From Phoronis australis (Eukaryota; Animalia; Phoronida), in the NCBI GenBank assembly GCA_002633005.1, contig NMRA01000429.1:1-64000 (forward strand): a DNA stretch of 64,000 nt, read 5' to 3'. The notes beneath the pieces were generated by a model. The model ran no database searches and was not told the DNA's origin. It worked only from the letters and a program-made list of their open reading frames with translations. The translations under genes and the position numbers were made by a program. The first letter of the stretch is position 1. Every line of letters begins with the position of its first letter. Shown here piece after piece: positions 1 to 12,561 of the stretch.

Positions 1-1444
1 TGGTGACATGAATTTTCCACAGGGAAAATGATACCCTTTTTAAAAGTGGGTACAAATTTTTTGTGTGTGCATTCTACTCACTGTTTAGGAATAGACCACT
101 CTTCAGCAGGCCCGAGAAAACTCTTCAATTACGGCGCGGATCCTCGTCTAAAACAACGCAAATTTGTCTTCATCTAGTCAAACTGTTGAACAGAATGCTT
201 TGTGTCACGTGATAAAAAGTTTCTACGTCAAAGAAGCATCCGTAGACAAAAGAATCTTTAGAAACCTCATAATCACACAAGTCTCTGCGATATAGCCATG
301 CATTGCTTGCGAGGCACGTGAGTTAATACTTGAAACTGGCTTTTCTCACGATGAGTATCTTGGGCCCATGATCGTAACCCAGCAGCTTCATCGCGTTAGA
401 TTCCTGCAACCGTTGCTTTTGACCCAGGTGCTCGTTTCTTTAGCTCTCTCAAACACAGGGAGCCAATATTTCAGGCTGCCCGCGTGTGATACTAAACTCT
501 TCTCTTACCCTTCTCACGCGACGCATATTCACCCTTCCGCACCACGTTAGATGGCGCCTCGATTTATTTTCATGTATTTGCTTGCGTACAAACCAACCCT
601 GGTCTTGCCTATTACTCCTTATAGACCGGGATCCCAGAGCTTTTTTGGGCATGAAAAAGTAACCAATTTTCTTTGGTGCCACATGGTTAGAAATGGCCGT
701 CTGGCAGGTTTGCTTTGGTGGGTGGGTCAGGGGAACCAAGAGAATGACACTAAAAAATTGTGCTATATCACCTTTACTTGTAACCTTCAAACTTTCTTGG
801 ATACCAACTACGTAATCCACTGTATCAAAATTGGTAACTGCCAGAGAATTTCAGTGTTGGGCATTATCAGCTAGACGTTTATAAACAAGGCAAAAATTGA
901 ACTAGATCAATCTAAGAACTAACCGCACTGATGAAACCAGTTGCAAAATATTCAGCGTGAGCCTAGGTATTGCGAATGAACACTGCCAGACAATTCTAGT
1001 GGTGGGTTAGCCCCCCACAGACACGCCCAAATACCCGAGTTGAGCTAGACCAACCCACCAGGTAACCGTTTGAAACCAATTGCACGATTTTCAGCATCAC
1101 TGCACATGGCACAACAGTTATATGCCAGACAATTTCAGTACCGGGGTGCCCCTGCCAGATGGTTATCAAGAAGGGTTAGAAATTGAGCTAGGTCAACCCA
1201 AGAGGCAACTGCATGAAACCAGTTGCAAAATATTAGCTGGAAGCCCAAGTATCAAGCATTAATACTGCCAGACAAATCTAGTGGTGGTTATACCCGCCAG
1301 ACACGTCCAAGTACATGAGTTGAGCTGGATCAACCCACCAGGTAACCGTTTGAAACCAATTGCACGATATTCAATATCACTGTACATAGCACAACAGTAA
1401 GATGGCAGACAATTTCAGCGGTGGGGTGTTCCTGCCAGACGACT

Positions 1445-1659
1445 GATACACGTTGTACCAGACGTGCGCAGGCCTCGCATGTGGGCCCATTGCACTGATC
1501 ACCTGGAAATATTTTTATACTTCGTTAATATATCGTTAAAACCGAGGTGAGGAGCTAGAAACCTGGCTCAAGGGCCTAGCAGTGTGACCTGGTGGGACTC
1601 GAACCCACGATCTCGAGTAAAGAAAGCGGTCACTTATCAACCAGGCCACATTGCCTCCT
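1445..1659 (-). mobile_element. tRNA-derived SINE inserted in the left arm of the foldback element
   Basis: Minus strand reads GGCAATGTGGCCTGGTTGATAAGTG (A-box-like), GGGTTCGAGTCCC (B-box), then CCCTTGAGCCAGG. Flanked by imperfect direct repeats CTGCCAGACGACT (1432-1444) and CTGCCAAACAACT (1660-1672). Confidence 0.7.
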
Positions 1660-2022
1660 CTGCCAAACAACTATAGAAAGAGCTAAACATTGAGGTAAAT
1701 CAACCCAAGAAATAACCGCATGAAACCAGTTGCAAAATATTCTCCGTAGGCCCATGCATTATGAACAAACACTGCGAGACACGTCTAGTTGTGGATTAGC
1801 CCCGCCACATACGATCAAATATCTGAGTGGAGCCAGATTTACCTGCCAGGTAACCGTTTGAAACCATTTGCATAATGTCGAGCAACATTCTGCATGCAAC
1901 AAAAGGTACTTCACAGATATTTTCAGCATCGGGGCAGTAGCATTCAGAGGTTTGGTCGATGCAGGGTGGAGTTTTTAGTGGACGCCCCTAATGCCCTGAT
2001 CAAATGCATATATCCTAATATT

Positions 2023-3573
2023 CAGGCCCGTAACCAGCATTGAGCGAGGGTGGTTCGAATTTCAAAAATGGTGGACCTTTGGTATTTTGAAAACGTCGGC
2101 ATTGTAGACTTTTCGGTAAGGCACTTGGCGAAGCTTAATTAGGGGGAAGGGAAATTTGTATGCACAACGATGACTCTCAGCTCTATGTTCATGAGATGAG
2201 TCGGAACTTGTAATACCAGAAATGAGGATGTTGCGACAGTTGCTCGCAAAGAACGGGACACAAGTTAGGACGTGCTCGAGTACAGAATGACTAATTTGCA
2301 TGATTTAATAATCCTAGTTTGCAGTTGACAAATCCAACATTAAAGCTAAGAGTTCCGAGTTTGAACTCTAAATTTCGAGTTTTTATTCTGGTTTGTAGCA
2401 CGAAAAAAAGTTTTTAAGTGCAAACTTGGACTAGAAACTCGTGTGCATGAACTATAATTATTCGAGCACAGTCTAATAACCACTTATCTTGAGTTCGCAC
2501 AAAAGGAGAAGAGAAATTGACGAAAATAATTTCGAGTTCGTTTAGAGTACAACGATTAGCGACCGGGACCTGGTTTTGGAACATTAGTAAATTTTGGAAG
2601 GGAACGAACCTTCGGAGTACTGGACCTTCGGAGTATTAAACCTTCGTCCTAGTGACATGGAGCCTTAGAAATCTTTTCCATCAAGTTTGTAGCTCGTATG
2701 AAGTTTGCAAGGTTGTGCACCATTGACATTGATTGACTGGAGAAGATTTTCATTGATCAAAGTTGAGGTCTATGCCTACTTTTCCATTATAACGGGAAAA
2801 TGCTCAACGGTGTATTCTTAGTGTAAAAACACTGTAGTTGAATGTCTGGTTTCTTTGCAACGGCGGAGGACTGCCTATAATGAACTTACCGTCAGCGTGT
2901 ACTAAGAACAGAAACGTTCAAACATGTACACGCATGCACGTCAATCCACCAATCCACAATCAAAGTGGTCACTAAACGAACAACAAATTTGCATATTTGA
3001 CAATCACTTTCAATTCAAAAATTGTAAATGCCGACACTTCTACCGTACTATGCTTGCAATTGAACCAAAATAGCAGAATAGCAAATCTCGATTTGTTCCT
3101 TGGCCGAGTTTAAGGCATTCACACCGTACTATATTTTGGGAGTTCTCTCGCTGCTGTACATGTATACAAAACACGTAGCTTACTTAGGTCGTAGGGCTAG
3201 ATTTTTATGCTTAGGTATAGACACTCACTTCTGGACTCACTTGTTACCCGTTGGTGTAGCCACCACGCGCGTGGTTTATGAATAATATAAAGCCTGCTCT
3301 TGAGTGATTCAGTCATCTACAAAAACAGCGGCACTCGGGCAAAGTTTGCCGAGTACAGTCCGATGGCACATGAAGCGCTTTGAATCAGAAGCAGAAATTC
3401 AAAATTATTACTAACTTTGTTAACATTGTAGTTAGTAGCACCAGTAGCTGCAATAATTTTGTGGTTATTGGCCATTCATATCCCTATCTTTAACGAATAT
3501 GCCGGGGATGGACCTTTTCAGCGAGGGAGGGGTTCGATCGAACCCCCGAATCCCGCCTCCGGCTACGGGCCTG
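2023..3573. mobile_element. Non-autonomous hAT-like element (CAGGCCCGTA...TACGGGCCTG termini) carrying further nested insertions
   Basis: 10-bp perfect TIRs. Flanks TAATATT / TACTATT resemble a 7-bp TSD with one mismatch. Confidence 0.6.
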
Positions 3574-4038
3574 TACTATTAATAATGAAAGTATAAAGGT
3601 GAAGCATAAATTATTATCTTTATTTAATTTAACTGCAGTTCAGTCATTTTCCAAAAAGATTATACACAGTGGTTGGATACCCTCAATGTGGATGCCGGGG
3701 CCGTCGAAACGGTGACTGAGCAACTTATACAACATCTATGAATAATTAATACGAACGTGCTTTATATTCGCTATGAAAAAAGCGAACACTTCCATAGCCC
3801 GCATATCTGTGTCGTTCAAATGAAATGATTGTCAATCTAACTAAACTGGAACACTATCAGGACTCCTCGTTATACCCACGAAATGTAAATAACATGTTCG
3901 CAACATGAAGGGAATGTTTTACCTACGTTATAACTTTGATAGTTTAGAAGAAATCTAACACGACCATACGAACCCAATATCTTGTGCCACAGAGGTGTTT
4001 TCAGCCTTTTTGGAGAATATAATATCAAACATAAAAAA

Positions 4039-4650
4039 TACGGACTGTTCCAAAGAGAGGTCAACAGCCGATCTACTGAAGTTCTTTCTCCGGCGTACGT
4101 AGCACTGAGAACGCGCCGTTTTCCAGCACTTCACGTAATATTGGGTCTGTGAATTTCAACTTTTGGTAAAATATTGTTCCCCATCTGGCGAAGTTCGGGT
4201 GGTTCAGGGCAAAGAATACATCTAGCATTGACGGGAAATTCTTGATAAAGCCACTGACGTCATTGGTCTTGACGCATCTCTGGAGTTCTATGTGGGCTCA
4301 GTTTATGAGAAAAATGTCAGTGGCGGATCTAGGATATCATAAAGGAGGGCCCAACATTTTGTCTCGAGTAAACGCGTAAAGTTCGGCTAGATGGGCGGAA
4401 CCAACCTGAAATCTAGGGGTGCCCGAATGTAGAACTTTTACTAAAAAAAACGGGAGGACTAAAAAAACGGAAGACGATTGAGCCGTCGGTGTCGATTGGG
4501 CGCGCTTGCAATCGGGTCCTCTCGCTCATACTGTCAAATAGGGGACAGGCCCCCTGCAAACCCCTAAATCCGTTGATGGATGTAGATTGGCCAAAAATGA
4601 TCAGATTTGCCAAATTTGCCATTAAACACTGATTGAAATGAAGGTAGTTG
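4039..4650 (-). pseudogene. Decayed DNA transposase fragment (Chapaev/CMC-like, 'NYARW...D..LEQ..N' family), split by a MITE
   Basis: Manual translation: SVFNGKFGKSDHFWPIYI|FLIN*AHIELQRCVKTNDVSGFIKNFPSMLDVFFALNHPNFARWGTIFYQKLKFTDPILREVLENGAFSVLRTP/KNFSRSAVDLSLEQSV, with one stop and one frameshift. Family assignment is from remembered motifs. Confidence 0.7.
4318..4578. mobile_element. MITE, CAGTGGCGGATC family, 5-bp TSD
   Basis: Termini CAGTGGCGGATCTAGG...TAAATCCGTTGATG; flanks AATGT / GATGT. Removing the element plus one TSD restores the host transposase frame. Confidence 0.8.
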
Positions 4651-7600
4651 GCGCGCATACATAACGAAGACGACAGCAAGAAAGACGACATTTCGATTAT
4701 TCCTCGTTTTAGCAGTTGCATCAAATGACTCGTCCAAAAACAGAGAGACGCAGATTAGACTGGTAAATTAGTACAACGAAAGATGGAAATTCGTGCAAAC
4801 ACAATGTGCCATCCTTCACGAACGGGTTTTTAGCTTTTGTTTTTAGTAATGAATCATCTGGGGTATTCCACTGTTGTCGCATAGAATTGTGAAATCGTTC
4901 CAAACTGAGGCGCGATGTTTCTGGTTTTCATGCCCTGCGCATAATTGCGGACAAAAATCTCTCATCTTGTGTGGTGACCTATGTCGTACGGACTCAAAAT
5001 CGAAGTGCCTGGTTCCTCGATGTGATAGTTATTCAGCGTGAATGGGTTTATAATCAATTTTGTTTCGACTCTTTACTTGTCTGACTTTGACATTTTACTG
5101 TTGTGCCACGTGCAGTGTTACTGATCATCGTACAATTGGTTTCAAACGGTTACCTGGTGGTTTGATCCAGCTCAACTCAGGTACTTGGGCGTGTCTGGTG
5201 AGGTTCACTCACCACTAGATTTGTATGGCAGAATTTATTCTTAATAGCTGGGCTTCCGGAAAATATTTTGCAACTGGTTTCATGCAGTTACCTCTTGGGT
5301 TGATCTCGCTCAACTCAGATATTTGGGCGTGTTTGGCAGGGCTATTCCACCACTAGATTTGTCTGGCAGTGTTTATTCGTGGTACCTGGGCTTACGGTGA
5401 ATAATTTGCAACTGGTTTTACGCGGTTACCTCTTGGGTTAATATAGCTCAATTTCTAATTCTTTTTGATAATCTTCTGGCAGGGCCACCCCAGTACTGAA
5501 ATTGTCTGTCATCTTACTGTTGTGCCATGTACAGTGATGCTGAACATCGTGCAATTTGTTTCAAACGGTTACCTAGTGGGTTGATCTCGCTCAACTCGGG
5601 TATTTGGTCGTGTCTTGCAGGGCTAACACACCACTAGATTTGTCTAGCAGTGTTCATTCGTGATAGCTTGGCTCACGCTGAGCATTTTGCAACTATTTTC
5701 ATGCGGTTACCTTTTATATTGATCGAGATCAATTTTTTTACGTTGTTTATAACCGTCTGAAAATTGTCTGGCAGTGACCAATTGTGATACAGTGGATTAC
5801 GCAGTAGGTATCAAAGGCAGTTTGTAGTGGTTACCAGAACAGTTGATCTAGCTCAATTTTTGAGTGTCATTCTCTTGGCTCCCCTGACCACACCCACCAG
5901 AGCGAACCTGCCAGACGGCCATTTCCAAGCATCAGGATACCCATAGAGCACTGTGGCACCAAAGAAAATTGATTACCTTTTCATGCCCAAAAAAAGCTCA
6001 GGGATCCCGGTCTAATACCCGCTAAAGTTATTATTTGCCTTGATCAGGAGTATGTTCCATGAACGTAACTCTAATTGTTGAAAAAGGTTTAGTCAAGTAG
6101 TTATGAGATCATCACTGTCTAGAAGTAATTTGTAAAAGTTACGTCATTATAGGTACACATGAATGGCAAAAAGGCTAACAGTTTCAATGGCTAAAACACT
6201 TGCTAAAAGGTAAGGGCTTTAGCCAGAAGAACGAGTTTTCCGCGTAGGAATGACGGGGTGATTTCTCCAAGAGTTAGTTTGTTTCCTTACCACCAGAGTC
6301 GCTTCTTGATTGAAAATTGATGTCAAAACACGTTCAATCTCCGCGCATGTGTACTTTGAAGTCAGTGGACTGTCTACACTGCTAGCGAAAACGCCTGTAG
6401 TTTTGTCAAAAATATTATAGTTACACGAGTTTTTTTAGTTTTGTTATCTCAAACATCCAACAAAGCGCTAGCAAAAGTGACCCTTGGGACCGTTCGTCTG
6501 AGTGACGGTATACTGGTAGCAAAAGTACTACCGAACACAAGAGCACTTGGTTCAGCGAAACTGCTTCACTCATGTAAACCCATCATAAAAAATGTACTTT
6601 TGTTAAAGTGAGATTTAAAATTATTTTTCGAAATAGTTAGTGAAATGTAAGATTAAATTGCTGACTGAAGACCTATTAAGTGACTTTTCATAAAATAGAC
6701 CCCTGAGGTATGAAATGACATAACCAAGTTTGTTCAAACTCTACTTTGTTAACATATTACCGTCAATTATCAATTATCCTTTTGAACCAGAATCAATTCA
6801 CAACTGCAGCTTATAACTGATAAAATGAAAAAAAAACAAAAACAAAGCAAGTGTTCATATATTGTCAATGTTTGCTGGGGATACCGTGAAAATACAATTG
6901 AACTCATTTTGCTCTCAACAACAAGTGTCGGTTGTGTCCTTGAATGCCGTCGTGATCCTGTGAATACCAATAGTGATGAAGTATCGAACGATGAAAGTTG
7001 TTATATTGAATAATGCATACCGAGAGTTCAATTATAGCATTTCACGGTGTCTTCAATAAACATTAGACTATACACATGTTTAAGAATGTGATTCGGTTCC
7101 TTCCATTTTAAGAGGATTGTCGATTTGATTCTTGCTTGTCAAATCGTTTCATTTTTCTTAAATAAAAGACATTTTGACTTCTAGTATTTGAGAAAAGCGA
7201 ATTGATTTGACAAATTTACCATTTGCAACATTAATTTGCAAAACAATTGCTAGGTATGATGAGATTCCGGCTAACGAAAGATCTCTAAGATTTTATATGT
7301 TCAGTATAAGTATAATACTCCTCAAAAATAAAACTAAGTCGTAATTTTATGAGACAATTGCCGCCAAATATTGGAAGTATGAATGGAATGAACATTAATG
7401 GGCATCGCCGAATCGATATCGAAATCGATCACTCCCGCATCGTATTTCGACTAATCAACCCACCTTTACAATATATGTCCACGTATGCGTGATCCCGTGA
7501 ACACGAATATTGATCGACACTGCCGTAGCAAGTTTTTAACGTTGTGCAAACATGAAATTGTTGGCAACCGGGAAGTTTTGTAATGAGTAGCAACTCTGGG

Positions 7601-10600
7601 GCACATTGGAATGAACGGCGCGGGGGGAAACAAAGTCAAAATTGAAGTGATCTTAGACCACCTAGAGGTTTTTTGCAATGAACTGGTGGACATGACCCCT
7701 TGCATTGACATGTCATGAACTGGATATTTCAGTGTGCAGATTTTATGTTTTTCAAATAATTTGATGAAAATCGTCGATACAGCAACCGTGAGAAGTTTAA
7801 GTAACACTGTCAGCGATAAATATGGTCTTTTGAGATCAGTCTCAAGGCAAATTCACTCTCACTACTGCAGCAGTCGTAGTGTTGCGCTTTGCTAGCAGAG
7901 ATCAAACCTACTCAATAGCATAGCATCTAAAGCTTTACAGTATTTAAAGAGACATAGTCGGCTATAATGAAATACAAACAAGACGTATAATGCTGAACAG
8001 AAATACCTCAGCCAACGCTCCAGCAGTTGATAGGTTCGCTCTTATAAAAAATAATTTGATTTTTGACGAGAATTTGTTTTCGTAAAAAAAATGAAAGTTC
8101 AATAACCCTCGACTTCCCATGTATTGAAACACGTGACCTTTGGGTGTCATGTTATTCGCCCACTCACTTTAGCTGGAAAATTTTAGTGTGCTTGCCTTTT
8201 GTTCAGCAACGCAGAACTCATGCTATAGTTAACTCCAAAAATTGCATATTTTTGAGTAAGCCGCTATAATTATCAGGTTATCGGGTGTTCAAAGCGAATT
8301 TGCCAAGTGGCCGAGATCATTTGAAAGTTTTCGAGACTCAACGAAGGATTTAATATGGCTTTTCCAGCCATTGAGATTTCTAATGTTATTTGTCGATGCT
8401 TTCCATTTTTCACTTTTCACCTTCCAAAACTAACGAAGTATTACTGCTTTGCTGTGAGCTGCGACCCCAATGGCAAAAAGTTGGATAAACTTCAGAAGTA
8501 TTTTCCAAGATAATTCCTAGAATCAGCTAGACATTTCTAACTGAAACCAGGCCGTTGTAGTAATGCGTTTTCCTACTTCCAGGACAAACGAAATTTCAAG
8601 TCCATTCTTTCCGCTATAGGCGAATGTTACACAAGTAAATTACGCGATCATTGTTAAAGGCGCAAACTATTTCTTAACTTCATTTAAGTATTAACTGTGT
8701 AAGCACGTAAGAAAGTAATATTCGTGCTTTAATTAACAACGTAAATAAATATTATACCCTGCTAATAAACTTTTAAGCTATTGAGAATTCATTTACACGT
8801 ACGTACCTACATTTTAACTTACTGTCTGAGAAACTCAGTAGATACTATGATCATGAGTTCAATTAAACCCAATAAGCTCATCTTTGCAACAACTATTACG
8901 TCAGAGAAGTTCCAAAAATAGGCCCATCATGGGCGGATATTAGAAAAACGACATATCAGAAACGTGAAACGAAACCGAATAATACGCCTGGCGGTTAATT
9001 ACTGAAAAAGTCGCACAATATCTCGTTGAATGATAGTCGTTTGAGTGAAATAGCTATCTCAAAATAAAATGTCTTGTCAAAATAAATAATTTTTTTTTCA
9101 TTATTTAAAACACTTTACATACGTATTTCAGAGCAATCAGTCAGATTTTCAAAACAGGCCAACATACAATGTACTTGTACTGGGCCTATTTTCGTAAAAT
9201 AGAGGTAGAAAAAGAATCTGTGGCTGTCAGCTCGACTTCGGAAAACTATTCATTGCCTTAATATTGGCATATAGTCTAATCAGAGTTTGCGTATTTTGCT
9301 AGTTTGGTACATTAAATATATTAGTTCAAGTTGTGCTTAGTTGATGTCCAATATGCTCAGCTGACTGGACATTATGCAGTGCGTCATCTTAAACATAACG
9401 ATGATTTGCATATGAACCATACTGTCACCGTCTTTTCAGTGGCTGGCGCCTTTGAAGTCACTGACATCAACGTAATTAACGATGTAATTTCCTTTAATTT
9501 CAGCAGTTTAGAACAATATTATCAACCGGAAAACCTCACTAAAATGGAAAGTTTCCTAAATTAAGACCAACCTATTTGTGTTACTTGAACTGATTTAATT
9601 ACATCATTGATTCTGAATGCTTCATGAATGAAGTTCAAAATGATTTATTATTGTGCATTAAATTAAATCAAATAGTTCTTCAATAATCAAGTCATGTTCA
9701 TAGGAATCATTTGAGAATCAGATGTGACTAAATTGGTTTGTGCAAAAGTTGAGTTTATGGAGATTTTAACTACAATGAAGAAAAATGTCTTTAGACATTT
9801 TGAAAACGTCGCTATTTAATTTGCGTTTAGGAACTACAATGACTTCATTTACACAGCAACACCATCATTGTGTTCTCGTTCTTTTTAACTGAATTCAAAT
9901 TGAAAGACGCTCATACTGTATCGGCGGCTGAACTTAATTCAGTCTCCGTGATAATCAAACTTCGTGACCATGTTGTCTAACAATAAGGAACTATCAGTTG
10001 TTTTCAAGTCTAGAAATGATTTCTATTCTGAGAAATGAAGAATTCAACAACAATTTCATAACGTTTAAGTGGCTTAAATAATGTTTGAGAAAAGGCGCAG
10101 GTGTTGTCCATTCGAAGACAAATTCAAAACCTGCCATGGATTTGCACGGCATTTTCAAATAACAGTACAGTTTAAAAACTACTATTTCCAGTAACTGTCA
10201 ATGACGTTTTAGTAATGCGTTTCCAAAGAGCAATATATTTAAGCCACCGGAACGACATTTACGCACCAAAACGAGTCAAATAAGGACGTGTAACAAACTA
10301 ATTGTATTGATTGTATTAAGTGATCGAGTTACAAACACAAACACAAACAATATTTATCACTAATCAAAGGTCAAACCTAATTATTACCACTAAAAGCGCT
10401 TCTATCACACAATATGTATACAGTAACGGTTTATAGAATACGCTCAGCTGAGACTAAACACGTGAAAATAGGCGCACACATAAAAGTCAGACGACATTTT
10501 GAGATATCTGACATAACTGGTAATAACAAAAGCAAAGCTATGATACTTTATCAAATGTACCTACATGATGTAATTACACGCGCTACTCTGTTCTGTACAA

Positions 10601-10602
10601 CA

Positions 10603-12561
10603 TTATTCCTTCAAGTACTGAAATGTCTTCACCACACCTGTATCCCACTCCACTACAGACACCTGACCCGGGGCCGGGAGACATAAACCAGTTGGATACT
10701 GGACACCACCAGGGGGCACGATCACGTGTGCACGTGCGTTGTTGTATAAAATCACCTGATGATTGTCATAGTCTGCCACCAGAATGTGACCGTGTGAGTC
10801 TACACACACACCGCGCGGCCTGTCACTCAGTTGATCGGTCAGTGTGGATACAATGGCCGGCCGCGCGTGGTCAATCACATGGACACGACCGGAATGCCAC
10901 TCACTGACCACCAACTGACCACAGTTATCCATGCACGCATAGCGTGGTGTGAACTCATCCAGTCCCAGGGTGGGACCGTCCAACTGGTGGTGAATATTAC
11001 AGTCATAATCTGTAATAATCACCCGTCCCCCCCTTGTATCACACACAACCAGCAGGTCGCCGTGACATGTAACATACCCATCACCTTTATACACATCACG
11101 ACACACCTTCACCACCTCACCGCGGGCATTGTACCTAACAACACCCTTAATGCCGATGTCGGTGATGAAGATGTCTCCATCATCACTACATGTCACATCG
11201 AGAGGCATCTGCAGTTTGTCACGAGTTTGTTGTAACGCAAACTTTAGTTTTAACTTGTGTTTATCAAACACTCTCACTGTTTTGTTCTCCCAGTCTGTTA
11301 CAACAAACCCCGCATCACAAACTGCCAGTCCACAACACGCAGGCCCCCTCTCCCCCTCACCCAGGCTGGTAAAACTACCCACACTACCCGCAGGTTCTTT
11401 AACAGTCTGTGGTGGAGTGACAGGTTGAACGAGTGATTTGGATGAAAGTTGTGAGAATTTTGTAGTGGTTTCTTGTGATTCTACAGTAAACCCTACGTCA
11501 ACATACGAGTCCGCTACTAACAATTCAGAAGGTGTAAAACCGAACACTGGCTTTTCAACGCCATGTTGTAACTGATTCACATCTAATGATGCAAGGGTGT
11601 CCGCCATGGTGGTGAACTGTTGAGTTGTTTCTGAAGGATGTGAACTTTCAATGAGTTGCTTAGCGTATCTCAATGTACTCATCAGAGACTGTCGACTTTG
11701 TTCAGCCGCCTCGTAAGCGGCTTGAGTTTGTTTTTGGGCCAAGAGGAACTGTTCGTTAAGTTTAGTGATCGCTTCACCTTTCTTTATTTCAACCCTGTCC
11801 TTGAAGTCATCATAAATCTTGCAGAGTTCGTCAAGCTTTTGAGCTAACATTTCTTGAGTTAGCTCTTCGCGAACATTTCTGCGAGCGTCTGCCACAATCT
11901 GTGCATGATCGACTGCGTCTACCCAGGGCTCAATCAAACCTTGGAGCACCTCCACTGCTTCCTTTGCCGCCTCGTCAAGGTTTTTCATTTTGTGTTGATC
12001 GTGGTCTAGCTTTGTACACAGCATACATACGGGTATTTTGCAGTTTTCGCAATAAATTTCCAGCAACTTGTCCGTGTGTTTTAAACAATACGTCTTCTGA
12101 CATCGACGCATTGTTTCAAAATGAACGCCAGCAGCGACTTCATCCAAACTGACCACTTTGTGGGTTAAAGTGAGTCCAGTCTGACAGTGAACGGCGGCAC
12201 ACTTTTCACACAGGTGATGAGTGCACTGTAGACACATGGACTCTGCTTCGACTGTGGATCCGTTGTGATGACACACAAAACAGAAGACATTGCCCGTTTT
12301 GGGAACGCAGTCATTCATGTGATACAGGAAATGGTTGAAAGGGAAATCAGCAGCGCCATCTTTAGGAATGTTTATAACTCTCTTGCATCTGGGACACGAG
12401 AACTCGCCGTTTTTTCCTCGTTTGTCCATATACGTCTGAATACATCCCTCACAAAATGTATGTACACATGGGAGCAGGCGGGGAGTCTTCTGGCGCTCCA
12501 AACAAATGGGGCATTCCAGCATGCGCCTCATTTCCTCTGCGTCTTTGGAGCTGATGGCCAT
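10603..12561 (-). CDS. TRIM-NHL E3 ubiquitin ligase (RING, B-box1, B-box2, coiled coil, NHL propeller; no filamin domain), TRIM2/3/71-like, 652 aa, single coding exon
   Basis: RING CPICLE..LPCVHTFCEGC..CPRC; B-box1 CFVC..CLQCTHHLCEKCAAVH..TH; B-box2 CLKH..YCENCKIPVCMLC..HDQH; helical middle region; NHL repeats such as PLDVTCSDDGDIFITD and PRGVCVDSHGHILVADYDNHQV. A splice acceptor (cttttcag) lies just upstream of the ATG, exon start 12582. Confidence 0.95.
   Translation of the reverse strand: MAISSKDAEEMRRMLECPICLERQKTPRLLPCVHTFCEGCIQTYMDKRGKNGEFSCPRCKRVINIPKDGAADFPFNHFLYHMNDCVPKTGNVFCFVCHHNGSTVEAESMCLQCTHHLCEKCAAVHCQTGLTLTHKVVSLDEVAAGVHFETMRRCQKTYCLKHTDKLLEIYCENCKIPVCMLCTKLDHDQHKMKNLDEAAKEAVEVLQGLIEPWVDAVDHAQIVADARRNVREELTQEMLAQKLDELCKIYDDFKDRVEIKKGEAITKLNEQFLLAQKQTQAAYEAAEQSRQSLMSTLRYAKQLIESSHPSETTQQFTTMADTLASLDVNQLQHGVEKPVFGFTPSELLVADSYVDVGFTVESQETTTKFSQLSSKSLVQPVTPPQTVKEPAGSVGSFTSLGEGERGPACCGLAVCDAGFVVTDWENKTVRVFDKHKLKLKFALQQTRDKLQMPLDVTCSDDGDIFITDIGIKGVVRYNARGEVVKVCRDVYKGDGYVTCHGDLLVVCDTRGGRVIITDYDCNIHHQLDGPTLGLDEFTPRYACMDNCGQLVVSEWHSGRVHVIDHARPAIVSTLTDQLSDRPRGVCVDSHGHILVADYDNHQVILYNNARAHVIVPPGGVQYPTGLCLPAPGQVSVVEWDTGVVKTFQYLKE

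Larger units (their letters stand above)
624..6012. mobile_element. Foldback-like non-autonomous DNA transposon with long, internally repetitive inverted arms and TA target-site duplication
   Basis: TA|GACCGGGATCCC..TTTTTTGGGCATGAAAA at 622-660 is the reverse complement of TTTTCATGCCCAAAAAAAGCTCAGGGATCCCGGTC|TA ending at 6014. Arms (~624-1930 and ~5090-6012) share repeated motifs GAAACCAGTTGCAAAATATT and CCAGGTAACCGTTTGAAACC in inverted orientation. Confidence 0.85.
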
